Source of the DNA: Pirellulales bacterium | Lineage (GTDB): Bacteria; Planctomycetota; Planctomycetia; Pirellulales; UBA1268 | Reading direction: 5' to 3' | NCBI GenBank assembly: GCA_041746715.1 | Contig: JBGTGN010000095.1 | Coordinates: forward strand, 12,685-76,684 | Length of the DNA stretch: 64,000 bases | Part shown: one piece after another, positions 25,691 to 34,624 of the stretch | How the letters are laid out: every line of letters starts with the position of its first letter | How positions within the stretch are numbered: the stretch's first letter is position 1 | Position numbers and translations under genes: made by a program | Notes under the pieces: model-generated | What the model was told of the DNA's origin: nothing | The model's input: only the letters and a program-made list of their open reading frames with translations | The model's database searches: none

Positions 25691-27861
25691 GAATGGAAGC
25701 TCTCCAACAATGCCGTGATTTTCTTTCGGTGATCTTCGATCCCGACGACGTGATCGAGTTTCGATGCTTGACGACCGGACAGCGACCGCAGCAGCGGTGG
25801 GGCTCGATCGGTGATCTTCCCTCGATCGTCCCCTGGCTCGTGAAGTGCAACGCGAAGCTATCGTGCTACTTCGGCGGCAACCCTCGCCGGGAGCACGGTG
25901 GTGGCGAAGCAAAAGACGTGCTCATGGCAAGGTGCCACTATGCCGACTTTGACGGTGGCGAGACAGCCGAGAGTGCATGGGCGAAGATCGAGGCTGCGGG
26001 GCTTCCCAAGCCCACGGTGACGCTCTCGACCGGCGGTGGCGTGCATGCATGGTGGCGGCTGGCAGAGCCGTTGCACGACCTTGCCGAGTGGCAAGTGCGG
26101 CAACGCAAGCTCAACGCGAAGCTAGGCTCCGATCCCACGATCAAAGATGCCGCTCGCATCATGCGACTGCCGGGCTTCGCGAACGTGAAGAGTAAGTATC
26201 CGGACCCGAAGCCGGTGTGCATGATCGAGGATATAGACGCAAGCCGCGTCTATCCGGCCGATGCCGTCACGCCAGCAGTCATGAGCAAGATGACGCGGGC
26301 ATTCATCGACCGCGGGGAATGTCACAAGAATGACGGCAGGCGTGACACTTGTTTCCTCGCCGCTACTGATCTCCGCGATCATGGGTGGGCAGTAGAGGAA
26401 GCGGTCGCCGTGCTCATGAAACGGATGGAGACATTCGCCGATATTCCTCAAGACGAAATCGAGGATTGCCGGCGGCAGATTCCGAACGCATGGAAGCGGG
26501 AGCCGCGGACGGAGCCCTTCGGTACTGCCGGTGGAAGGCAAGTGCCGGCGGTCACCGATGAAGATATCGACGCTATCCCGCTCGATACCCGCCCGTGGCC
26601 GGCTCGCCCTTCGGCGATGCTCTCGCATGGCGTGGTGGGCGAACTTTTGGATCGAGTCGAGAGCGAGACGGAAGCCGATCCGGTCGCCATCGCAACTACG
26701 TTTCTCGTGAGTCTCGGCAGCGTGATCGGGCGTGGCCCGCATGCCGTTGTCGATGGCAACCGCCACGGCGTGAACTTGTTCGCGACGATCGTGGGCGGAA
26801 CCAGCGAGGGCAGGAAAGGCACGTCTATGTCGATCGTCCGGGCAGTGTTTCGCGGCATCGATGACGAGTGGGTGCGGAACTGCCGGACGCCGAGCCTCAC
26901 GAGTGGCGAGGGGCTCATCGATCTTATCCGCGATGACGAGCACGTCGTGAAAGTGGACTCGAAAACGGGCGAGCCGAAAACGATCGTCGTGCCGGGTGTC
27001 GCGGACAAGCGATTGCTATTCGAGTGCCAAGAGTTGGCGTCAGTCATGCGTGCGGGCAAGTCGGAACGATCGACGCTCTTTCCCACGATCCGCGAGGCGT
27101 GGGATGGTCAAGACCTTCGGACGCCGACAAAGAACAATCCGCGAAAGGTGACGGACCCTCACGTCTCAGGCGTGGCCCATATCACGCCGGAGGAACTCGC
27201 GAAGCTCCAAACGGACGCCGACATTTTTGGCGGGACGTGGAATCGGTTTCTGTGGATCGCCTCACGTCGTGCTCGGCTGTGCCCTCACGGTGGCGATTTT
27301 GAAGACGTGCGGCATCTTCAGGACAAAGTGCGATCGGTTGTCGTGAACGCTCAGAATGCCGGACGCATGCGACGGACCGTGGCGGCTGATCGATTGTGGG
27401 AGCAGGAATACTACCGCCGTGCCGAGAGCCTCCCCGGCGGCATGGTGGGTGCGATCCTCGGTCGTGCCGAAGCTCAGCTCCTCCGGTTGTCGATGCTCGC
27501 GGCATTGTGCCGTGGCGAAAGCGTTGTCGATGAAGTCGATCTCGCCGCCGCCCTCGGTCTCTGGCGGTACGTCGATGAGACGGTGCGAATGCTATTCGGT
27601 CACGATGAAGACCCGCTCATCCCCAAGATCGTCGCGGCCGTGCGGGCGTCACCGGGCATAAGCCGATCGGAACTCCATCGGACGGTGGCGAAAACGAAAC
27701 CCGCGGCGGCATTCGTGGCAACGCTCGGTCGTGCCGAGAGTATGGGCGTGGTGGTCCGCGAGGTGATCGAGACGGGCGGACGGCCCCGGGAAGCGTGGAA
27801 GCCTCGCGAGATGGAGCGAGTCGCGAGAGTGCCGGCCGTGAACTTCGGGAGGGTACTGTGA
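25687..27861 (+). CDS. bifunctional AEP-type primase-polymerase / P-loop (DUF3987-like) helicase
   Basis: AEP motifs IFDPDDVIEF, TGGGVHAWWRL and RIMRLPGFAN. C-terminal Walker-A-like GGTSEGRKGTS. Confidence 0.8.
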   Translation: MRMEALQQCRDFLSVIFDPDDVIEFRCLTTGQRPQQRWGSIGDLPSIVPWLVKCNAKLSCYFGGNPRREHGGGEAKDVLMARCHYADFDGGETAESAWAKIEAAGLPKPTVTLSTGGGVHAWWRLAEPLHDLAEWQVRQRKLNAKLGSDPTIKDAARIMRLPGFANVKSKYPDPKPVCMIEDIDASRVYPADAVTPAVMSKMTRAFIDRGECHKNDGRRDTCFLAATDLRDHGWAVEEAVAVLMKRMETFADIPQDEIEDCRRQIPNAWKREPRTEPFGTAGGRQVPAVTDEDIDAIPLDTRPWPARPSAMLSHGVVGELLDRVESETEADPVAIATTFLVSLGSVIGRGPHAVVDGNRHGVNLFATIVGGTSEGRKGTSMSIVRAVFRGIDDEWVRNCRTPSLTSGEGLIDLIRDDEHVVKVDSKTGEPKTIVVPGVADKRLLFECQELASVMRAGKSERSTLFPTIREAWDGQDLRTPTKNNPRKVTDPHVSGVAHITPEELAKLQTDADIFGGTWNRFLWIASRRARLCPHGGDFEDVRHLQDKVRSVVVNAQNAGRMRRTVAADRLWEQEYYRRAESLPGGMVGAILGRAEAQLLRLSMLAALCRGESVVDEVDLAAALGLWRYVDETVRMLFGHDEDPLIPKIVAAVRASPGISRSELHRTVAKTKPAAAFVATLGRAESMGVVVREVIETGGRPREAWKPREMERVARVPAVNFGRVL

Positions 27862-28376
27862 TGGCCGGCATGGCATTGTCGGATGCCCTCGCCGCAGTGG
27901 ATGCCGCCGGCGGGCGGCTCTCGCTCGCGGGTGATCGCGTCCGGGTGGACGTGACACGGGAACTGCCGGAGCCGGTATGGCAGGCTCTCGCGGCTCACCG
28001 GGCGGAATTGGTGGCGAGCCTCGGGCGGCGTTACAACCGGGCGAAGAAGACAGCCGAAGAGTCTGGCCGAGATGGTAAGTCAAGGGTGGGACAAAATGCC
28101 CCACCCTCCGAAAGAACATCGTCGAAGCTCGCCAAAGAGCACGGCGTTGACGACCCGCCGACCTTTTCACCCTTTCCACCCTTTTCCCCTTTCCACCCTG
28201 ACAGACGCGGCGAGCAACCGCTACCGCTCCCGCCGGGCGTGGCATGCTGCGATCGGTGCGGATCGACAGAGACGACCGACAGCGTGATTCACGGTGGGCA
28301 GTCTCTACGGCAGGACTGCCGGCAGTGTGGACGGTTCCGGAAGTTTGTCCGATGGCACGGTATCACGATGCCGTGA
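27861..28376 (+). CDS. hypothetical protein with C-terminal CxxC...CxxC zinc ribbon
   Basis: CCDRCGS...CRQCGRF. The ATG overlaps the primase stop by 1 nt. Contains the PFPPFSPFHP segment encoded by the CACCC repeat cluster. Confidence 0.5.
   Translation: MAGMALSDALAAVDAAGGRLSLAGDRVRVDVTRELPEPVWQALAAHRAELVASLGRRYNRAKKTAEESGRDGKSRVGQNAPPSERTSSKLAKEHGVDDPPTFSPFPPFSPFHPDRRGEQPLPLPPGVACCDRCGSTETTDSVIHGGQSLRQDCRQCGRFRKFVRWHGITMP
28161..28200 (-). repeat. CACCC(TTT) repeat cluster, inverted partner of 21123-21165
   Basis: ttcaccctttccacccttttcccctttccaccctg. Lies about 240 bp upstream of the integrase start. Confidence 0.55.
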
Positions 28377-28436
28377 TCGACGTGGCAGCGGTGACGGTGA
28401 ACGGGTACGTTCTCAGACATCCCCAGGGAGGAAATC

Positions 28437-29798
28437 ATGGCAACAATCGGCAGCGAGAAATTCACACGCAAGAATGGCAGCACGACCACGACCTACCGCA
28501 TCTTGTGGTGCGATGAAGATGGCCGGCGGAAAACTCTCCGGCTCGGGGCAGTGCCGAAGCGGGTAGCCCAGGAATACAAAACCCACCTAGAGACGATCAT
28601 CGCGGCCCAGCGTGGCGGGTGGGCCGTGGACGCCGATACTGCCGCGTGGATTGGCTCGCGACCGAATGACGTTCACGAGAGGCTCGTGACGGCGGGGCTA
28701 TTCGAGCCGCGGGCGGAGTCTCAGGCGAAAGCGATCGTGACCCTCGGTGAGTTGTGCGAGACGTTCAAGGGCAGAAAAACCGTCAAGCCGTCCACGGCGG
28801 CGGCATACGATCAAACTCTCGATTCACTCAAGGCAGTGCTCGGGGCGGATCGTGACATAGCAACCCTCACGACGGCTGACGCTGACGAGTGGAAAAAGGC
28901 GATATCCACGGCAACCAAGGGCGAGGGCAAGCGGAAGAAAAAACGCACGACCGAAGATGGCCGGCTCTCGCATGCCACCGTGGCGAAGCGGGTGTGCGTC
29001 GGCAAGCAAGTTTTCGGGAAAGCGGTGTCATGGGGGCTTTTGGAGAAAAACCCGTTCTCAGGGCTCAAGGCGGGCTCCCAGGTGAATGCAGCACGGCAGC
29101 GGTATATCGACGTGCCGACGATCGAGCGAGTGCTCGCGGTGGCTCCCGGCCCGCAGTGGCGAGCCCTCATCGGGCTGTGCCGGTATGCCGGGCTCCGATG
29201 CCCTTCGGAAGTCGGGCTCCTGACGTGGGACGACGTGGATCGCGACACGGGCAAGCTCACGGTACGATCTCCGAAAACGGAGGGACACGGGGCAGGGCAT
29301 GCGGTTCGGTTCGTGCCGATCATGCCGCGGCTCATGTCGCTCCTGGCTGACGCATTCGACGCGGCCCCGCCTGGCAGTACGCTCGTCGTGCCGATGGCCT
29401 CGGATGGAGGCGTGAACCTTCGGACGGGTTTCGAGAGGATCATCACGCGGGCGAAGTGCGAGACGTGGCCTCGATTGTTCCAAGCCCTACGGGCGAGCGT
29501 GGAAACCGATTGGGTTCAACGTTACCCGGCTCACGTTGTCGCCAAATGGCTCGGGCATTCGCCACGGATCGCACAGGCTCACTATCTCATCACGACCGAA
29601 GCGGACTTCCGGGCAGCGATCGAGTACGACCTACCCGGCACAGAATCCGGCACAGTCAGTGCCGGCAGGCGGGTGTCAGCAGTGGACAAGAGTACACGTC
29701 GTGGTTTCGTAACTCTCGGGAAACTCGCTAATCGCGATGTACTGAACAAGTGTCTACTGGGCGGCGAGGGACTCGAACCCCCAACCCCCTCGGTGTAA
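28437..29798 (+). CDS. tyrosine-type site-specific recombinase/integrase
   Basis: AGLRCPSEVGLLTWDDV (Arg I), LRASVETDW, WLGHS, AQAHY (catalytic Tyr). The ORF runs 41 nt into the tRNA-Val gene. Confidence 0.88.
   Translation: MATIGSEKFTRKNGSTTTTYRILWCDEDGRRKTLRLGAVPKRVAQEYKTHLETIIAAQRGGWAVDADTAAWIGSRPNDVHERLVTAGLFEPRAESQAKAIVTLGELCETFKGRKTVKPSTAAAYDQTLDSLKAVLGADRDIATLTTADADEWKKAISTATKGEGKRKKKRTTEDGRLSHATVAKRVCVGKQVFGKAVSWGLLEKNPFSGLKAGSQVNAARQRYIDVPTIERVLAVAPGPQWRALIGLCRYAGLRCPSEVGLLTWDDVDRDTGKLTVRSPKTEGHGAGHAVRFVPIMPRLMSLLADAFDAAPPGSTLVVPMASDGGVNLRTGFERIITRAKCETWPRLFQALRASVETDWVQRYPAHVVAKWLGHSPRIAQAHYLITTEADFRAAIEYDLPGTESGTVSAGRRVSAVDKSTRRGFVTLGKLANRDVLNKCLLGGEGLEPPTPSV
29634..29656 (+). repeat. 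candidate integrase arm-type site (right)
   Basis: Identical 23-mer to 21001-21023, lying inside the integrase 3' coding region. Confidence 0.7.
29758..29778 (+). repeat. attR core (within tRNA-Val 3' end)
   Basis: Identical 21-mer to 20939-20959. Confidence 0.9.
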
Positions 29799-29831
29799 GC
29801 GAGGTGCTCTGACCAATTGAGCTAGCCGCCC
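29758..29831 (-). tRNA. tRNA-Val (anticodon UAC)
   Basis: Reverse complement GGGCGGCTAGCTCAATTGGTCAGAGCACCTCGCTTACACCGAGGGGGTTGGGGGTTCGAGTCCCTCGCCGCCCA. Anticodon loop is CTTACAC. Confidence 0.93.
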
Positions 29832-31621
29832 TCTGCAGGCTGAACCACCGGCTTCGGAGCCGGTGCGACAACCCTCACGCCAAGTTCCGTAAGCTGCCGC
29901 TGGGCCACCGTCGATGGTGCCCCCGTCATCAAGTCACTTGCCTTCTGCGTTTTGGGAAACGCGATCACGTCGCGAATGCTGTCCAGACGGCCAAAAAGCA
30001 TAACCCACCGATCGATGCCCAGCGCGATCCCACCATGCGGAGGGGCACCACTGGCCAGGGCGTCGAGGAGAAACCCAAAACGATCGCGAGCGGTTTCGGC
30101 GTCAATGCCCAGAAGCCCAAACACTTTGGCCTGCGTCGCAGAGTCGTGGATGCGGATCGTGCCGCCACCGGCCTCCGAGCCGTTGATAACGAGGTCGTAG
30201 GCCACAGCGCGGCAGGCGGATGGGTTGGTGTCGAGCAGGTGGAGGTCTTCGGGCCGCGGGGCCGTGAAGGGATGATGCATCGCGGCCCAGCCGCCGGTTT
30301 CGGTGTCGCGGGCAAACATCGGGAAATCGACCACCCACGAAAAATTCATGGCGGCCGGATCGAAAAGCCCGAGCTGGCTGCCGAGCCGTTTGCGGAGCGT
30401 ATGCAGGGCCTTGCAGGTCACTTCAAAGGAGTCGGCCACGATGAGGGCCAGGTCGCCCGGCTCACACCCGAGCCGTTCCTTCACGCCAGCAGCGATACCT
30501 GTGAGATTCTTGGCGACGGGGCCGCTCCATGAGCCGTCTGGCTCGCACTTGAGCCAGACGAGGCCCTTGGCGCCGGCTTCGACCGCCACGCCAGTGAGCT
30601 CGTCGAGCTCCTTGCGGGAGAATTTTCCGGCGGCCCCCGGTACTCGAATACCTCGGACCCGTCCGCCGCTTTCGGCCGTGCCGCGGAAGACCCGAAAATC
30701 GCTCTCGCCGGCCAGGGCAGTGAGATCGATGAGTTCGAGCCCGAAGCGAAGGTCAGGGGCGTCATGTCCGAATCGCTCCATGCACTCCGCGTAGGTCAGA
30801 CGTGAGAGGGGCAGGGGCACATCGAGGCCCAGGACCTCGCGAGCCGTGCGGCGGACGAGCCCTTCGATCACGCCGATAATGTCATCGGCTTCGACGAACG
30901 ACATCTCGACGTCGAGCTGGGTGAACTCGGGCTGGCGATCAGCGCGGAGGTCTTCGTCGCGGAAGCATTTGGCCACCTGCACATACCGGTCAAAGCCGGC
31001 GATCATCAGGAGCTGCTTGTAGAGCTGCGGTGACTGGGGCAGGGCGAAGAACGACCCGTGGTCGAGGCGGCTCGGCACGAGAAAGTCGCGGGCGCCTTCG
31101 GGCGTGCTCTTGCCGAGCATCGGCGTTTCCACATCGACAAACCCAAGCTCGTCGAAATGGTCCCGCATGATCTTCACAATCCGGCTGCGGAGGAATAGGT
31201 TTTCCTGCATCGCGGGGCGGCGGAGATCGAGCCAGCGGCTGGTGAGCCGCACCTCTTCACCCGGCAGCTCGCTGGCACCTGGCTGGAACACAGGCGTGGC
31301 GGCCTCGTTGAGCACTTCGATCGAGTCGCATACGAGCTCGATGCCACCAGTGGAAAGCTTCGGGTTCGTGGTGCCCTCGGGTCGCGGGGCCACCGTGCCC
31401 GTCCCTCGAATCACCCACTCCGAACGAGCCGAGCGTGCCGCCGCGATGGTGGCGGCGGGAGCGTCGGGGCCGACCACGACCTGCGTGCGGCCCCAGCGAT
31501 CGCGGAGATCGATGAACAGCACTCCCTTGTGGTCGCGAACGCGATCGACCCAGCCGCACAAGGTCACTCGGCTCCCGGCATGCTCGGGACGCAATTCTCC
31601 ACAGGTGTGAGTTCTCAGCAC
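29822..31621 (-). CDS. aspS: aspartate--tRNA ligase
   Basis: 599 aa with class IIb motifs (FFALPQSPQLYKQLLM, GGGTIRIHD, GIALGIDR). Confidence 0.95.
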   Translation of the reverse strand: MLRTHTCGELRPEHAGSRVTLCGWVDRVRDHKGVLFIDLRDRWGRTQVVVGPDAPAATIAAARSARSEWVIRGTGTVAPRPEGTTNPKLSTGGIELVCDSIEVLNEAATPVFQPGASELPGEEVRLTSRWLDLRRPAMQENLFLRSRIVKIMRDHFDELGFVDVETPMLGKSTPEGARDFLVPSRLDHGSFFALPQSPQLYKQLLMIAGFDRYVQVAKCFRDEDLRADRQPEFTQLDVEMSFVEADDIIGVIEGLVRRTAREVLGLDVPLPLSRLTYAECMERFGHDAPDLRFGLELIDLTALAGESDFRVFRGTAESGGRVRGIRVPGAAGKFSRKELDELTGVAVEAGAKGLVWLKCEPDGSWSGPVAKNLTGIAAGVKERLGCEPGDLALIVADSFEVTCKALHTLRKRLGSQLGLFDPAAMNFSWVVDFPMFARDTETGGWAAMHHPFTAPRPEDLHLLDTNPSACRAVAYDLVINGSEAGGGTIRIHDSATQAKVFGLLGIDAETARDRFGFLLDALASGAPPHGGIALGIDRWVMLFGRLDSIRDVIAFPKTQKASDLMTGAPSTVAQRQLTELGVRVVAPAPKPVVQPAEGG

Positions 31622-31634
31622 GGGGGCAACAGTC

Positions 31635-31889
31635 CTAGGCTTCGTCTGATGAGGTGAACGCAGCGGTCATGAGAAGGGCGACCACGAGCACAAGCGCGAG
31701 CGACAGGAGGACCACCGTGCTCCAAAACCCGATGGCCTGGCTCGTCTCAAACTGCTCCATGGCCTTGGGCGCTTCATTCACGAACCCGACGAGCGGCAGG
31801 CGACCGTACGCAAAGATTGCCACTCCCGCGAGAATCGCGAAGAGAATCGCCGAAGCGAGAGACACCCATGCCAAAACTTTGAGCACCAT
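31635..31889 (-). CDS. small two-TM membrane protein
   Basis: Two hydrophobic helices. Sits tightly between aspS and dcd. Confidence 0.5.
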   Translation of the reverse strand: MVLKVLAWVSLASAILFAILAGVAIFAYGRLPLVGFVNEAPKAMEQFETSQAIGFWSTVVLLSLALVLVVALLMTAAFTSSDEA

Positions 31890-31895
31890 CGCTGC

Positions 31896-32510
31896 TTACC
31901 TCACCGCCTCATTGGCCGCCAGGAGTTGACGCTGACGGGCCGCGCCGTCCGCCTCAAAGGTTAGCTCCAATTGTTGGGCCGCGTCGCCTTCCGGGCAGAG
32001 CTCGCGGAAGAGCATGCTGGGCTGGATGTCGCGGTTGTGCTGATATTTCGTGCTGGTGTATTCGGTGATCTCGCCGACCACCTGATGGAAGAAAATCTGG
32101 CAGATCGGCACGCCCGGATAAATTTTCACCGGCTGAACGGCGAACATCTCAAGCGTCCAATACCCGGAGAACCCGACGTCACCGAAGCCGGCCGTCACGT
32201 GGACGAAAAGCCCGAGCCGGCCGATCGAGCTCCGCCCCTCGATCATCGGTACGAGGTTGTGGGTCTCGGTTCGCTCGATCGTGCGACCGAGGTAAAGCTG
32301 GTTGGGCGTGAGTACGAGCCCGTCCGGAGGAATCGTGATCCGCTCCACACGGTTGCTCTTCCGCATGTCGAGCACCACCTCCTCATACACGAGCAACTCG
32401 TCGTGGAGCGAGAGGTTGTAGCTATTGGGATTGAGCCGATCCTCATCGAACGGGTCGATGACGATGTTGCGGCCGAGCTGACGGCGGATCTCGTGGCCGG
32501 AGAGAATCAT
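31896..32510 (-). CDS. dcd: dCTP deaminase
   Basis: MILSGHEIRRQL...NPNSYNLSL...EGRSSIGRLGL...TLEM. Start chosen at MILSGHEI rather than the upstream track ATG. Confidence 0.88.
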   Translation of the reverse strand: MILSGHEIRRQLGRNIVIDPFDEDRLNPNSYNLSLHDELLVYEEVVLDMRKSNRVERITIPPDGLVLTPNQLYLGRTIERTETHNLVPMIEGRSSIGRLGLFVHVTAGFGDVGFSGYWTLEMFAVQPVKIYPGVPICQIFFHQVVGEITEYTSTKYQHNRDIQPSMLFRELCPEGDAAQQLELTFEADGAARQRQLLAANEAVR

Positions 32511-32575
32511 GACGGGCTCCCGTGCAGCCGAGGACAATCCGCTCGAGTCTATGCCGAGCCGCCAGGAAGTGACAG

Positions 32576-33328
32576 TCACCGTCGGCGTGCGGCCACCGCA
32601 ATACCCTTCTTCGGACAGAGATTCTCGAGCGGGCATTGGTCACAGCGAGGGCTTCGGGCCGAGCAGGCCGTGCGGCCCAGAGCAATGAGCCGGTGACTCA
32701 TCGCGATCCAGTGCTCCTGCGGAAGGCACGCCACAAGGTCTTGTTCCGCCCGCACGGCATCGGTCTGGGTGGTGAGGCCGAGCCTGCGGGAGATCCGGCC
32801 GACATGCGTATCCACCACGACCCCCACCGCCAGCCCAAAGGCCGATCCAAGCACCACATTGGCCGTCTTTCGCCCTACGCCAGGGAGTTTCACGAGCTCC
32901 TCGAGTGTCCGCGGCACCTCGCTGCCATGCCGCTCCACGAGGGCTTGTGCGCAGCCCTGGATGCTTTTGGCCTTGGCACGAAAAAACCCGGTGCTCCGGA
33001 TCGCCTCCTCGACGGCGGTCCGGCTGGCGGCCGCGAGCGTGGCGGGCGTGGGCCATCGGCGAAAGAGTGGCCCTGTGACCATATTGACCCGCCGGTCGGT
33101 GCATTGGGCCGAGAGAATCGTGGCGATGAGGAGCTCGAAGGGCGAACGAAAGTCGAGTGAGCAGGTGGCATCTGGATACGCTTCGGCGAGCTCGTGGCAG
33201 ATCCTCGCAGCCCGCTCTCGGCGGCCCGTGGCCGATTCCCGCCGACCCACCGAGGCCGCAGACTGCCCCCGTTTCCCCTCAGTGCTACGATTCACGGTCG
33301 GGAGCCTCACCTTTTTGGCGTGCCACAA
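32576..33328 (-). CDS. nth: endonuclease III
   Basis: HhH-GPD motif LPGVGRKTANVVLG and C-terminal 4Fe-4S cluster CX6CX2CX5C. Confidence 0.9.
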   Translation of the reverse strand: MWHAKKVRLPTVNRSTEGKRGQSAASVGRRESATGRRERAARICHELAEAYPDATCSLDFRSPFELLIATILSAQCTDRRVNMVTGPLFRRWPTPATLAAASRTAVEEAIRSTGFFRAKAKSIQGCAQALVERHGSEVPRTLEELVKLPGVGRKTANVVLGSAFGLAVGVVVDTHVGRISRRLGLTTQTDAVRAEQDLVACLPQEHWIAMSHRLIALGRTACSARSPRCDQCPLENLCPKKGIAVAARRR

Positions 33329-33357
33329 CGGGATAAACGCTACCGGCAGGAGCCATC

Positions 33358-33771
33358 ATGACGACCGAACAGCCCGTCGCAGACTACGAACCGCTCTACC
33401 TGGCTGGGATCGTCCACTTCAACGACTGCGACTATTTTGAGAGCCATGAGGTCTGGGAGGAGCTCTGGACTGACTACCGGGGCCCGTCGCGAAAGTTTTA
33501 TCAGGGGCTCATCCAGGCAGCGGTAGCACTCTACCATTTCGGGAACGGCAACCTCCGCGGCGCCCGCAAACTCCACACGAGCGTCCACGGCTACCTCGAA
33601 GCCTACGCTCCGCAACACCTCGGCCTCGACATCGACGCTTTTCTCAGTTCCTTCGACACCTGCCTGGCCGAGGTCGTGGCCGATACCGAAGACCGCCGCG
33701 AGATTCCACTCGATCCGGAGCTGCTTCCGGAAATCCACCTCGACCCGCCCCCCGCCGCGCCGTCGGCCTGA
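33358..33771 (+). CDS. DUF309 domain protein
   Basis: FNDCDYFESHEVWEELW...GLIQAAVALYH. Confidence 0.75.
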   Translation: MTTEQPVADYEPLYLAGIVHFNDCDYFESHEVWEELWTDYRGPSRKFYQGLIQAAVALYHFGNGNLRGARKLHTSVHGYLEAYAPQHLGLDIDAFLSSFDTCLAEVVADTEDRREIPLDPELLPEIHLDPPPAAPSA

Positions 33772-33780
33772 CGCACTGCT

Positions 33781-34473
33781 ATGTCCGACGAGCCACTCGC
33801 CTTTTCACCGGACCAGTTCTCGGGCCACGCACGGGTGTTTCCGCTCCCGAATCTCGTGATGTTTCCCCACGTGATGCAGGCCCTCCATATCTTCGAGCCC
33901 CGCTACCGGGCGATGTTTGAAGAGGCGATCGAAGACGACCGGCTCATCGCGCTCGGGTCACTCGCCGCGGGCTGGGACGGCGACTACGAGGGCCGGCCAC
34001 CGCTGCGATCAACCGCCTGCCTCTGCCGCATCGCTACCCACCAGCGGACCGACCAAGGCACCTACAACGTGCTTGTGCTCGGTGTGCGACGGCTGCGGCT
34101 CGTGCGGGAGTTGCCCCCCAAAAAGCTCTTTCGGGTCGTGGAATCCGAGCTGCTCGACGACATCGAGCCCGCGGACGCAGGCCCAGACACCGCTGCGGCC
34201 ATGCAAAAAAAACTCCTTGCTGCTTTCAAGAAGGCCATGCCTCGCATTCCTGATGCGTATGAGCAGCTCGATCAGCTTCTCGGAAGCCAGATCACGCTCG
34301 GCATGCTCGCCGACATCGTTTCATACACGATCGACCTCGACCTCGAGACCAAGGCGCGACTGCTGGCCGAGTGCGACGTATTCCGGCGGACGACGATCCT
34401 CCTGGAGGCGATCGCGGCTCGGGCAAAAGCTGGTCCTCGCCGCCCGTTCCCCCCCGAGTTCAGCCCGAACTGA
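33781..34473 (+). CDS. LON N-terminal (substrate-binding) domain protein
   Basis: [28 protein letters not shown]. Confidence 0.8.
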   Translation: MSDEPLAFSPDQFSGHARVFPLPNLVMFPHVMQALHIFEPRYRAMFEEAIEDDRLIALGSLAAGWDGDYEGRPPLRSTACLCRIATHQRTDQGTYNVLVLGVRRLRLVRELPPKKLFRVVESELLDDIEPADAGPDTAAAMQKKLLAAFKKAMPRIPDAYEQLDQLLGSQITLGMLADIVSYTIDLDLETKARLLAECDVFRRTTILLEAIAARAKAGPRRPFPPEFSPN

Positions 34474-34485
34474 CGCCGCGACGAC

Positions 34486-34564
34486 GGGTTGCCCATGCCG
34501 CATCGCCATCCTGGCTGCGCTCAGCCTCCAACGCCGGCTCTGCGGCATAGGCAACCCATCGCGG
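34486..34564. repeat. palindromic repeat family, copy B (short, internally deleted form)
   Basis: gggttgcccatgccgcatcgcc joined directly to atcctggctgcgctcagcctccaacgccggctctgcggcataggcaaccc. Confidence 0.8.
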
Positions 34565-34624
34565 GAAGCGTACGGGAGTTGGCATCCGTACGATGCACTC
34601 CCCCGTCGATTACACTCGATCGCC

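Larger units (their letters stand above)
20939..29778 (+). mobile_element. integrative element (genomic island / candidate phage satellite) inserted in the 3' end of tRNA-Val
   Basis: Perfect 21-bp direct repeat at both ends, the right one inside tRNA-Val. A tyrosine integrase abuts the tRNA. All ORFs are on one strand with overlapping stops and starts. Carries primase-helicase and Xis/AlpA-like genes. Confidence 0.85.

Noticed and set aside
33917-34624. N-terminal 236-aa extension of the folE ORF (track ORF 33917..35218).
   Set aside because: It overlaps the LON-domain gene in another frame and reads through repeat copy B. The FolE homology starts at the ATG at 34625.
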